Shown here one piece after another: positions 28,278-36,739 of a stretch of 64,000 nt of DNA. The stretch spans positions 2,821,188-2,885,187 of the forward strand of contig JADJRK010000001.1 in NCBI GenBank assembly GCA_016712285.1, read 5' to 3'. Each line of letters begins with the position of its first letter. Positions within the stretch are counted from its first letter, which is position 1. The notes under the pieces were generated by a model. That model saw only the letters and a list, made by a program, of their open reading frames with translations. It was not told the origin of the DNA and searched no databases. The stretch comes from Planctomycetota bacterium (GTDB taxonomy: Bacteria; Planctomycetota; UBA8742; UBA2392). A program made the position numbers and the translations under genes.

Positions 28278-29213
28278 ATGCATCATCCCAACGCCACACG
28301 GTACAGAATCGCCAGCAGCCGCCTGCCAAGGCTGCCCGGCGGCCTGCGTGTTGCACCGCTGCTCGTGCTGCTGGGCTGCCTGTGCGTTGCCGCGCTGGCG
28401 CCGCTGCGCGCCCTGGATGGCGACGCTGAAACCAAGCGCTGGGCGCGGCGCGCGCTGTTGGACGAAGCCACGCGCAAGCACATGAACCTGGACGTCGGCG
28501 AAGTTGAGCCGCTGACGCTCGCACTTGCAGCACCGGGCGACTTCGGCGACGCCGATGACCAGGCAGTGGTGGTGCGCCGCGATGCCGCCACAGCCGTCGT
28601 GATCATGCGCGGCACTACGCCGCTGGGGCGCTGTACATTCAGCACCACGGGGGCGCTGACCATTGCCACACGCAAGCTGGCCGGCCAGACGTGGGTGCTG
28701 CTGGACGAAAGCAGCGAACTGGCGGGCGTGTCTTCGACGCTGCGGCGGCTGATCAGCCTGCGCGATAGCCAGCTTTCGGTGCGCCAGAGCTGGGTGCACT
28801 CGGCGACCGTGAAGATCGGCAAACGCTTTGTGCGCGAACAAAGCAGCGACCTGCGCGAGCTGGGCGGCAGCCTGCTGCTGACCACGCTCGTGGTTGACCG
28901 ACTGGATGGCAAGGCGATGGCAGACTGCGAGTCCGAGACCATTCTCAAGCTGACACCGCAGCCCGACGGCAGCCTGCGCGCCGAAGTAGATAAGGACAAG
29001 CCCGTGCCCGTTGCCGTGCGGCTGCGCCATGCCCGCACCCTTGAGCGAGAAGGCCTTGAGGAAGCCGCCATGCTGCTGGCACGCGAAGCCCGCGAACAGA
29101 GCACCAAACTGCCCGCCGAAGATGCCCGCCGCCTCGACGCAGCCGGCCTTGTCGCAAGGCTTGAGGCCCGGCTGTTGCCCGCCGACAAACCCGTGCAGGT
29201 TTCCCCGCGATAG
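28278..29213 (+). CDS. secreted hypothetical protein
   Basis: 311 aa with hydrophobic N-terminal segment; the competing minus-strand ORF 28283..29251 is Ser/Arg-rich low complexity and judged antisense. Confidence 0.45.
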   Translation: MHHPNATRYRIASSRLPRLPGGLRVAPLLVLLGCLCVAALAPLRALDGDAETKRWARRALLDEATRKHMNLDVGEVEPLTLALAAPGDFGDADDQAVVVRRDAATAVVIMRGTTPLGRCTFSTTGALTIATRKLAGQTWVLLDESSELAGVSSTLRRLISLRDSQLSVRQSWVHSATVKIGKRFVREQSSDLRELGGSLLLTTLVVDRLDGKAMADCESETILKLTPQPDGSLRAEVDKDKPVPVAVRLRHARTLEREGLEEAAMLLAREAREQSTKLPAEDARRLDAAGLVARLEARLLPADKPVQVSPR

Positions 29214-29253
29214 CAGCGTTGCGCCTGTCCCCGCTTGCCGCTAAACCGCACGC

Positions 29254-29700
29254 ATGGCCGTATCGCTGAAGCTCAAACGCCTGCCCCACGGTTCGGGATT
29301 GCCGCTGCCCGCGTATCAATCCGAACACGCCGCCGGCGCCGATGTGCACGCAGCCATCGAGGCATCCGTGCTGCTGTCGCCGGGTCAGCGCGCGCTGGTG
29401 CCGACCGGTTTCTGCTATGAGATTCCGCCCGGGTACGAAATGCAGGTGCGCCCGCGCAGCGGTCTGGCGGCCAAGCATGGCGTCACGGTGCTGAACACGC
29501 CGGGCACGATAGACGCCGACTATCGCGGTGAGCTGAAGGTGCTGCTGGTCAACCTCGGCGTTGAGCCCTTTGAGATCAAGCGGGCCGAGCGCATCGCTCA
29601 AATCATTATTGCCCCGGTCAGCCACGCGACGTTCCACGAAGCTGACGAGCTCTCTGATACCGTTCGCGGCAGCGGCGGCTTTGGCTCCACGGGCAAGTAG
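29254..29700 (+). CDS. dut: dUTP diphosphatase
   Basis: Conserved dUTPase motifs ([51 protein letters not shown]). Confidence 0.9.
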   Translation: MAVSLKLKRLPHGSGLPLPAYQSEHAAGADVHAAIEASVLLSPGQRALVPTGFCYEIPPGYEMQVRPRSGLAAKHGVTVLNTPGTIDADYRGELKVLLVNLGVEPFEIKRAERIAQIIIAPVSHATFHEADELSDTVRGSGGFGSTGK

Positions 29701-29707
29701 CCCGGGT

Positions 29708-30634
29708 TCAATCCCACAATCCCGTGGAGTAGTAGCGCTCGCCGGTGTCGGCAAACACCGTCACGATCTTCGCGCCGGGCTCGTCTTCGGCCAGCTTTCG
29801 GGCCGCGGCGAGGTTCGCGCCGCTGCTTTGGCCCACGAACAGCCCGTTGCGCGCGAGCAGGCGGCTTGCCTCGAAGGCTTCTTCCACGGTGATCTCGATG
29901 CGCTGGTCCACCAGATGCTCGTGGAAATTCTTCGGCTTGATGCTGCCGGGGGCCTTGAGCGGCTTCAGGCCTTCGATGCCCGGAAACTCCTCGGGTTGCA
30001 CCAGCACCACCTGGATGTCGGGGTTGTGGTCTTTGAGGCGCTCGCCAATGCCGGTCAGCGTGCCGCCAGTGCCGACGCCGGATATGAAGTGCGTGATCTC
30101 GCCGGCTTGCGCAACGATCTCGGCGCCGGTGCCGAAGTAGTGGGCCTGCCAGTTTGCGCGGTTGCTGTACTGGTCGATCAGGAAGTACTTGTCCGGCGCG
30201 GCGTGGGCCAGGTCATGGGCCTTGCGCATGGCTTCGTCGTAGCCCAGCAGCGGGTCAGTCAGGATGACTTCGGCGCCGTGGGCCTTGATGCGGCGCAGGC
30301 GCTCAAGGCTCGCGTTGCCCGGGATGACCAGCGTGACCGGGATGCCGAGCGCTGCCCCGATCATCGCGTACGCGATGCCGCTGTTGCCGCTGGTTGAGTC
30401 CAGCACGCGGCGCCCCTGCAGCGTGTCGTCCTCAAGCAGCTTCGCCAGCATGTTCAACACCGGGCGGTCCTTGATGCTGCCACCGGGGTTGACCCATTCG
30501 GCTTTGGCCTTGATGGAAAGTCGCGGAAACAGGTTTTCGTAGACGTTGACCTCAAGCAGCGGCGTGTTGCCAATCAGCTGCAAAGCCGGCACTCGGCGTT
30601 TGAGTTCGTTCACGGATGTAAGCGTCGTCGTCAT
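29708..30634 (-). CDS. cysteine synthase (CysK/CysM family, PLP-dependent)
   Basis: PLP-lysine region GGSIKDRP, motifs SGNSG and GVGTGGTLTG; lies directly downstream of a JAMM/Mec+ gene, the arrangement seen in CysO-dependent CysM pathways. Confidence 0.85.
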   Translation of the reverse strand: MTTTLTSVNELKRRVPALQLIGNTPLLEVNVYENLFPRLSIKAKAEWVNPGGSIKDRPVLNMLAKLLEDDTLQGRRVLDSTSGNSGIAYAMIGAALGIPVTLVIPGNASLERLRRIKAHGAEVILTDPLLGYDEAMRKAHDLAHAAPDKYFLIDQYSNRANWQAHYFGTGAEIVAQAGEITHFISGVGTGGTLTGIGERLKDHNPDIQVVLVQPEEFPGIEGLKPLKAPGSIKPKNFHEHLVDQRIEITVEEAFEASRLLARNGLFVGQSSGANLAAARKLAEDEPGAKIVTVFADTGERYYSTGLWD

Positions 30635-30649
30635 GGCTGGTTCTCTTCA

Positions 30650-30749
30650 GGAGCGCAGGCTTCCCGCCTGCCCGGGGCGCGGACGTCTTGTCCGCGCAAT
30701 GCCGTGGACGAGACGCCCACGGCAGGTGCAGGCCGGAGGCCTGCGCTCC
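30650..30749 (-). promoter_or_regulatory. nested-hairpin element in the mec-cysM intergenic spacer (possible cis-regulatory RNA or REP-like element)
   Basis: Outer 11-bp stem (ggagcgcaggc/gcctgcgctcc) enclosing two hairpins (gcgcggac-gtctt-gtccgcgc and gccgtgg-acgagacgc-ccacggc), all read from sequence. Confidence 0.4.
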
Positions 30750-30750
30750 C

Positions 30751-31161
30751 TCAACATCGCAGCTCTTCCTGCCTGAAGGCGCCTTCGCCCAGCTCAAACG
30801 AGTGAAAGTCGCCGGGTTTGCCCTGGTTCACGGCCACGATGACGTAGCTGTAACCCTCCCACGCGGCTGCCAGGTCGGTTTCGCTGGGGCGCGCCGGGTG
30901 GTCGGGGTGAGAGTGATAGATGCCGATAATGTCCAACCCGCGCGCCCGCGCGTCGCGGTCGATGCGCATGTAGTCTTTCGGGTCCAGCTCAAAGCGGTCG
31001 TGGGCGCGCTGCGTGTTCAGGTTGCCGGTGCGCGCTGATTCAACGGCGACGCGCCCGCCGGCGTCGATGCGACCGACCAGCACGCCGCAGCATTCGTGCG
31101 GGTAGGCTTCAACGGCGTGAACTTCAATCAAGGCCTTGATGGCCGGGGTAATCGTCAACAT
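30751..31161 (-). CDS. JAMM/MPN+ metalloprotease (Mec+-like)
   Basis: Track ORF 30751..31182; JAMM motif HSHPDHPARPSETD, upstream E...CG(V/L)L motif (HECCGVLVG); start at ATG 31161 (MLTITPAIK). Confidence 0.8.
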   Translation of the reverse strand: MLTITPAIKALIEVHAVEAYPHECCGVLVGRIDAGGRVAVESARTGNLNTQRAHDRFELDPKDYMRIDRDARARGLDIIGIYHSHPDHPARPSETDLAAAWEGYSYVIVAVNQGKPGDFHSFELGEGAFRQEELRC

Positions 31162-31279
31162 GGGATTGGTCCGAACAGTCAAACAACGTTGGTCGCACGG
31201 CGGGGAGCCGGGTTATCGACAACAACAGTTGCTCGGACACATGAACATGGCCGCGAGGTTATCCCGACGTGCCTTGCTG

Positions 31280-32014
31280 TCAAGCCGGCGACCGCTGCCA
31301 CTTGCCGTTGACCAGCAGCTCAAAGGGCCTGTAGTGCTGCTTGTACTCCATCGTGCTGCAGCCCTTGACCCAGTAACCAAGGTAGTAGTGCGGAATCTTC
31401 TTGCGGCGGCACAGCTCAATCTCGCTCAGCACGCTGAACACGCCGATGCTGCGTTTGGCCTCTGCGGGCTCAAAGAAGTGGTACACGCTGCTCATGCTGC
31501 GGCGGCTGATGTCGCAGATGCTTACGCCCAGCAGGCGCCCCTGCGGGTCACGGTACTCGACCTCAATGCTGGCCACGCAGCTTGAGTACAGGAATTCCCG
31601 CAGGCTGTCTTCATCCGCGCCCTGCGGGCTCTTGTCGTGCTGGGCCGCCAGGTAGCGCTTGTAGACGTCATGCTTTTCGGGCGTGAGCTCGGGCTCGCTG
31701 ATCGACATCTGCACGTCTGCGTTGCGGCGCAGAACGCGGCGCTGGCTCCTGGTCGGCTTGAAGTCGGCGACCGGCACCCGGATCGGCACGCACATGCGGC
31801 AACCCTGGCAGCGCGTGCGGTACAGAATGTTGCCGCTGCGCCGGATGCCGCGGTCCATGAGTTCGTGGTAAGCCGCCGGGCTGACCTGCCATGCCAGCCA
31901 GGCTTCCTCGGTGGCCTGGCGGTCCGGCAGATAGCTGCACTCGTGCGAATGCAGGCCCAGGGGCACCGAGTGCGGGCCGATCAGGGTAGGAACGCTGACG
32001 TTCTGGGTGCCCAT
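31280..32014 (-). CDS. bpt: arginyl/leucyl-tRNA-protein transferase (Ate1/Bpt family)
   Basis: N-terminal Cys cluster (CQGCRMC) and C-terminal YHFFEP...IPHYYLGYWV segment typical of bacterial Bpt. Confidence 0.65.
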   Translation of the reverse strand: MGTQNVSVPTLIGPHSVPLGLHSHECSYLPDRQATEEAWLAWQVSPAAYHELMDRGIRRSGNILYRTRCQGCRMCVPIRVPVADFKPTRSQRRVLRRNADVQMSISEPELTPEKHDVYKRYLAAQHDKSPQGADEDSLREFLYSSCVASIEVEYRDPQGRLLGVSICDISRRSMSSVYHFFEPAEAKRSIGVFSVLSEIELCRRKKIPHYYLGYWVKGCSTMEYKQHYRPFELLVNGKWQRSPA

Positions 32015-32063
32015 GCGCTACCAAGGTAACCGATTTCGGGTTGCAGGTAGAACGAGTTTCCGG

Positions 32064-32606
32064 CTACACCGGATCCGCCACCACCCGCCTGATCTTGCTG
32101 CGCGCGAGCATCACGACCCGGGCGCACGCCTCTGCGTCGCTCAACGCATCGTGGTGATTCAGCGGAATGTTCAGCACGCGCGCCACATGGCCCAGGTGCG
32201 CAGGGTAAATCCCCAGTGTGCGCCGCGCCTGCCGTACCGTGCACACCCACGGCAGCCCGGGCGCTTCCAGGCCGGCGGTTTCGCAACACGCTTCAAGCAC
32301 TGCCCGGTCAAAGCCGGCGTTGTGCGCCGCCAGAAACACCGCGCCATCCAGCACTTCTTTCAGCAGCAGCCACGCCCGGCCAAACGCCGGTTTGTCCGCA
32401 ACTTCATCCAGAGTGATGCCGTGAATGTGCGTGAAAAACATCTGTTCGCGCGGCGGCTTGAGCAGCTGGCGCACGCGCCTCACCACGCGCCCGCGCTCGA
32501 CGCGCACCATCCCAATGGCGCAGGCTGAATCAGCGCCGTGGTCCGCAGTCTCGAAATCGATCGCGACAAAGGGGCCGGGCACGGGGTCAATGAAGGCGCG
32601 ACTCAT
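32064..32606 (-). CDS. DEDDh 3'-5' exonuclease (DnaQ/epsilon-like)
   Basis: Track ORF 32064..32669; Exo motifs VAIDFETAD, FLAAHNAGFD, HHDALSDA; start at ATG 32606. Confidence 0.75.
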   Translation of the reverse strand: MSRAFIDPVPGPFVAIDFETADHGADSACAIGMVRVERGRVVRRVRQLLKPPREQMFFTHIHGITLDEVADKPAFGRAWLLLKEVLDGAVFLAAHNAGFDRAVLEACCETAGLEAPGLPWVCTVRQARRTLGIYPAHLGHVARVLNIPLNHHDALSDAEACARVVMLARSKIRRVVADPV

Positions 32607-32665
32607 GGCTGCATTGTAACCGGCAGCGCGACATCGCGCATTCAGCGGCATTCGTTGGCTTTCGC

Positions 32666-34066
32666 TCACTGCACCCGTGACAACAGCGATTGCACAGCCT
32701 CGCTTGCGCCGCGTATGCAGTCTGGAATGCCCACGCCGTCGAAGGCGTTGCCACAGATCGCCAGCCGCGCGTGCCGGGCTGCAAGCTCGCGAATCCGCGC
32801 CACGCGCTCAAGGTGGCCCACGTGATACTGTGCCATTGCGCCCGTGTGGGCTGCGGCGACTGCGAACTTCGGCTCGCCCTTGACCCCGATCAACTCGCGC
32901 AGCTCGGCCAAGGCCACTGCCGTCAATTCAGCCGCCGGCAGCTTTGCCACCTCGGGCGCCGTGCCGCCGCCCATGAACACCCGCACGACCGCCAGCCCTT
33001 CCGGTGCGCGGCCCTCGAACTTCACGCTGCTGAAGCTGAATGCCACGATGCGCCGGTTCTCGACCGCCGGGATCACCGCGCCTATGCCGTCCATGGCATG
33101 GCTGATCTGGGTGCGCTCAAAGATGAAATTCACGACAGCCGCGCCCGCATACTCAACCTGCGAAAGCGCGCCTGCCAACGCGGGGTCCGTGCCCGAAAGC
33201 AGGCCCGCGGCTTTGTGCGCCGGCAGCGCCAGCACCGCCGCATCTACCTGCACCGGGCCGTCCGGCAGCGCCAGGGACACGGCGCTTTCTGTTGCATGCA
33301 GCGCCAGCACTGGGGTGTTGCGTTGCAGGCAGCCCGGCGGCAGCGCGGCTTCGAGCGCGCCGGTCAGCGTGCCCATGCCCTGCTTCAGCGTGACGAACAT
33401 GCCATAGCGCGGGCCGGCGGCTTTGGCGTCGATCTTCTCGCCGGCCGCCCCGGAACGGGCCTTGCTGCGCAGGGCGGCGATCACGCTGCCGTGTTCCTGT
33501 TCCATGGCGATGAATTGCGGAAAGGTTGCCTTGAGGCTCAGTTTTTCGGGATCCGCGGTGTAGATGCCGGCGATCATCGGCTGCGCAATGCGTTGCAGCG
33601 CCTCTACGCCGAAGCGGCGCCGCACGAAGCTGGCCAGCGATTCGTCGCCGCCGCCCCACTTGCGCGGGCAGACCAGTTCGTAGGCCATGCGCAGCTTGCC
33701 CCGCGCGCTGAGAATCGGCGTCTTGAGCAGCGCACCCAGCGACATCGGGCTGATCAGGAAGAACCCCTCCGGCAGGCGCTTGAGCGTGCCCTTGTGCAGG
33801 ATGAAGCTGCGGCGCACGCCCTGGCGCGTGCCGATCAGTTCGGCCTCCAGCCCCAGCTCGCGCACCAGCTCAACGCCCGCGGGCTTGTTGCCCGCCCAGC
33901 AGTCGGGGCCGGTTTCAAGCAGGCAGCCCTGCTCGTGCAATGTGCGTATGACTCCGCCGGTGTGGTCGCCGCCCTCGAACAGTGTGACGCGCGCGCCGGC
34001 CTTTGAGAGCCGATACGCCGCGGTCAAGCCGCTGATGCCTGCACCGATGACAGCCACATGCGCCAT
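32666..34066 (-). CDS. hemY: protoporphyrinogen/coproporphyrinogen oxidase (HemY family flavoprotein)
   Basis: N-terminal FAD-binding motif VAVIGAGISGLTAAYRL and amine-oxidase-like length and organisation. Confidence 0.7.
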   Translation of the reverse strand: MAHVAVIGAGISGLTAAYRLSKAGARVTLFEGGDHTGGVIRTLHEQGCLLETGPDCWAGNKPAGVELVRELGLEAELIGTRQGVRRSFILHKGTLKRLPEGFFLISPMSLGALLKTPILSARGKLRMAYELVCPRKWGGGDESLASFVRRRFGVEALQRIAQPMIAGIYTADPEKLSLKATFPQFIAMEQEHGSVIAALRSKARSGAAGEKIDAKAAGPRYGMFVTLKQGMGTLTGALEAALPPGCLQRNTPVLALHATESAVSLALPDGPVQVDAAVLALPAHKAAGLLSGTDPALAGALSQVEYAGAAVVNFIFERTQISHAMDGIGAVIPAVENRRIVAFSFSSVKFEGRAPEGLAVVRVFMGGGTAPEVAKLPAAELTAVALAELRELIGVKGEPKFAVAAAHTGAMAQYHVGHLERVARIRELAARHARLAICGNAFDGVGIPDCIRGASEAVQSLLSRVQ

Positions 34067-34123
34067 GTCGTGGGTATAACCCCACGGGCGGGGCAGCGCT
34101 ATTCTGCGATGTTCAGGGAATGC

Positions 34124-34645
34124 TCAGGCGGCGGCTGGCAGGCGAATGCTGTCGGGAAAGTCATCTTCCACGACAAGCAATGCCGGCAGCCGGATGCTGT
34201 CGGGAAAGTCCTCTTCCACAATGATCAGCGTACCCTCAAGCTCAGGGTCGGTGTTATCCGCGTACTCGACCAGCACCTCGCGCAGGCCGTAAAGTGTGAA
34301 GGCATTCCAGACCTGGCGCGTCGGCTGAATCAGCTGCAGTGCAGTCCCGCGCGCCATGCAGGCCTGCGCAAACTCGACCAGTACCGCCAGCGCACAGCCA
34401 TCCATGAAGCGCACGCCGGACAGATTAACTGAGAGGAGCCGGTGCTTCTCAGCCAGCAACCGGAACAGTCGTTTGCGCAGCAGGGCGGCGCCCTGCATGC
34501 ACAGGCGCCCGGCAACATGAGTGCTGGGGTTGGCGCGAACGGGCGGGGCGCTGGATGGCGGCTCAGTCTCCGCAATGAGTTTGCGGATGCGGGTGGTAAT
34601 GCGCTTGATCGCAGCGACCGGCATGAAGCCTCCGGCAAGCTTCAT
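34124..34645 (-). CDS. STAS-domain protein (anti-sigma-factor antagonist-like) with a duplicated C-terminal 15-aa unit
   Basis: Track ORF 34124..34786; STAS-like core (LSVNLSGVRFMDGCALAVLVEF); C-terminus contains VEEDFPDSIRLPA twice, encoded by a tandem DNA repeat of about 45 bp. Confidence 0.6.
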   Translation of the reverse strand: MKLAGGFMPVAAIKRITTRIRKLIAETEPPSSAPPVRANPSTHVAGRLCMQGAALLRKRLFRLLAEKHRLLSVNLSGVRFMDGCALAVLVEFAQACMARGTALQLIQPTRQVWNAFTLYGLREVLVEYADNTDPELEGTLIIVEEDFPDSIRLPALLVVEDDFPDSIRLPAAA

Positions 34646-34970
34646 CGGCGTGACTTGTGTGCAGGCTTGAGGAAAGGCCGGAATTTCAGGCATTTGCCCG
34701 GCTTCGCGTGTTCGCGAGGCCAAATCCCGCTGTTTGAAAAACCGCGAACCCCGACACGAAAAAATGCCCAAAAGAGACGCACACATGACTTAGCGCGTGG
34801 TATGTTACCCGCGTTGACAACCACAGCTTACGCCGACCCGTATGGAGTTGGTTTCCTTTAAGGGGGGGAATCTGGCTTCGGTGTCGGTACGCGCAGGCGG
34901 GCAGGATCGTGACTTCGATTTTTAAGGGGGATTGAAGTTATCTCTGTTCGCCTGCGCACCTAATCCCTTC

Positions 34971-35003
34971 GCCCGGCGCCCACAAGGCGCCGGGTTCGTT
35001 TTT
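34971..35003 (+). terminator. intrinsic terminator/attenuator hairpin in the infC leader
   Basis: cccggcgcc-cacaa-ggcgccggg followed by ttcgtttttt, about 140 nt upstream of the infC ATG; a further inverted repeat (gcgcaggcg / cgcctgcgc) lies upstream at about 34889-34957. Confidence 0.55.
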
Positions 35004-35143
35004 TCGTGCCGAGGCCGCAGCCACCGGCGCGGAACCCGCTACGCCCGGTTGTGGAAAAACTCTCTGCTGCTATCATCCCGCCGCCAATTGACTTACCGGC
35101 GCGCCCGACGGGTGCGCCTTTATGCTGCTGCCAGAAGGAGTCT

Positions 35144-35815
35144 ATGCGAGCAAAACGGCCACCCCCGGTTACCGCATTTCGCGGGCCGCAGACTGAGCAC
35201 CGCATCAATCGACGCATTCGCATTCCGCGCGTGCAGTTGATTGACCATGAAGGCACGAATCACGGGGAGCTGGCGACGGAAGATGCGCTGAAACTGGCCG
35301 AAGAAGCCGGTTTGGACCTCGTGGAAGTCAGCCCGACCGCACGCCCGCCCGTGTGCAAGATCATGAATTACGGGCAGTATAAGTACTCGCTGAAGAAGCG
35401 GGCCAAGGGCAACAAGGCTCACCAGGCCAAGGTCAAGGGCATACGGCTTCACCCGAATACAGCCGAGCATGACGTGCAGGTAGCATTGAAGAAAAGCATC
35501 GGGTTCCTGGAGCGCGGCGACAAGGTGCTGATCCAGGTGTGGTTCAAGGGCCGTGAGCTTGCGCACTCAGAGCGCGGCGACGAGATCCTGAAGCGCTTTA
35601 TCGAGGAACTGAAGGACCTGAGCAAGGTTGAATCGCCGATCCGCCGTGAAGGCAAGCGCATGCACCTGCTGCTGACGCCGATGACGCCGGAAGAGCGCAA
35701 CGCCCGCAAAAAGCAGATCGAAAAAGACAAAGAAAAGGCCATGGAACTGCGCATCAAGCAGGCCAAAGAAGAAGCCGCCAAAAAAGCAGAGGCAGAGAAG
35801 GCCCAACAAAGCTAA
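35144..35815 (+). CDS. infC: translation initiation factor IF-3 with Lys-rich C-terminal extension
   Basis: Part of track ORF 35006..35815; IF-3 core (INRRIRIPRVQLIDHEG...VCKIMNYGQYKY); ATG at 35144 preceded by GAAGGAG. Confidence 0.85.
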   Translation: MRAKRPPPVTAFRGPQTEHRINRRIRIPRVQLIDHEGTNHGELATEDALKLAEEAGLDLVEVSPTARPPVCKIMNYGQYKYSLKKRAKGNKAHQAKVKGIRLHPNTAEHDVQVALKKSIGFLERGDKVLIQVWFKGRELAHSERGDEILKRFIEELKDLSKVESPIRREGKRMHLLLTPMTPEERNARKKQIEKDKEKAMELRIKQAKEEAAKKAEAEKAQQS

Positions 35816-35949
35816 AAGCTTCACCCCGCAATGGTCGCGGGAAACAGTGACCGGCACCTGTTGCACAAGCAGCGGGGCCAAACAGAGACGCGCACGGCGG
35901 TTCCAAGTCGAACCAGGTTCGCCCGGCGTGACGTCGAAAGGACAGAGAC

Positions 35950-36201
35950 ATGCCGAAGATGAAGACCCACAAGGGCGCGTCCAAGCGCTTCAAGGTCACC
36001 AAGAAGGGCAAGATCAAGCACCACAACGCGGGTCGCTCGCACTTGATGAGCACCAAGAGCCCCAAGCGCCGCCGCAACAAGCGCCGCACCCACCTGCTGA
36101 GCCCGACCCACGCGCGCAACGTCGCCAAGCTGATGGGCGTGCGTCGCAAGCCGCCTGCGCCGACACCGCCGCAGAGCGAGTTGAAAGAACAGGCAAGCTA
36201 G
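35950..36201 (+). CDS. rpmI: 50S ribosomal protein L35 (with C-terminal extension)
   Basis: MPKMKTHKGASKRFKVTKKGKIKHHNAGRSH matches the L35 N-terminus; position between infC and rplT. Confidence 0.85.
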   Translation: MPKMKTHKGASKRFKVTKKGKIKHHNAGRSHLMSTKSPKRRRNKRRTHLLSPTHARNVAKLMGVRRKPPAPTPPQSELKEQAS

Positions 36202-36316
36202 GCAATACGCTTCACCGCCGGTCTCAAGTCGAGTGTGAACTCGCCCGGCACAATCGGTACGCCAACCGGATTCAAGTCGGGCCAGGCCCGCCCGGAAGGC
36301 ACCAAGGAGAAGGCAC

Positions 36317-36670
36317 ATGGCACACGCAGTCAGCCGGGTAGCGCGCCACGCGCGCAAGAAGAAGTTCCGCAAACTCGCCAAGGGATACTGGGGCCGCCGC
36401 CGCACGACGTACCGGCAGGCGCGCGTCGCCGTTGAACGCGCATGGCGCTACGCGTGGTTCCATCGCATGGCCCGCAAGCGCGACTTCCGGCGCCTCTGGA
36501 TCACGCGCCTCAACGCCGCCGCACGCATGCACGGGGTGACTTACAGCCAGCTGATTCACCTGCTGGACAAAGCCGGCATCGAGCTGAACCGCAAGAGCCT
36601 GAGTGAGCTGGCCATCCGCGACCCCAACGCCTTTGCCAAGGTCATGGAACAGGCCAAGTCAGCCAAGTAG
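36317..36670 (+). CDS. rplT: 50S ribosomal protein L20
   Basis: Basic N-terminus and conserved L20 core ([45 protein letters not shown]); AAGGAGAAGG upstream. Confidence 0.9.
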   Translation: MAHAVSRVARHARKKKFRKLAKGYWGRRRTTYRQARVAVERAWRYAWFHRMARKRDFRRLWITRLNAAARMHGVTYSQLIHLLDKAGIELNRKSLSELAIRDPNAFAKVMEQAKSAK

Positions 36671-36739
36671 CTGTCACAATCCGGGTGTAAAACAGATCGC
36701 CCGCGCACACGCGCGGGCGATTCATGTTTGCTCGGGCAC

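Noticed and set aside
28283-29251. 322-aa minus-strand ORF overlapping the 28278..29213 + ORF
   Set aside because: Extremely Ser/Arg-rich low-complexity translation typical of antisense frames in high-GC DNA; the + strand product looks more protein-like, although neither has a recognisable motif.
25555-29700. thyX and dut lying near the MazF-like cassette as evidence of a prophage remnant
   Set aside because: Both are also ordinary housekeeping genes, they have normal high GC, and are flanked by rsfS and a response regulator; no phage-specific genes accompany them.
34790-34970. Possible tRNA or small RNA gene upstream of infC
   Set aside because: No cloverleaf-compatible arrangement or T-loop (GTTCRANYC) consensus found by eye; the structure is more consistent with a leader/attenuator. 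A covariance-model scan could not be run.
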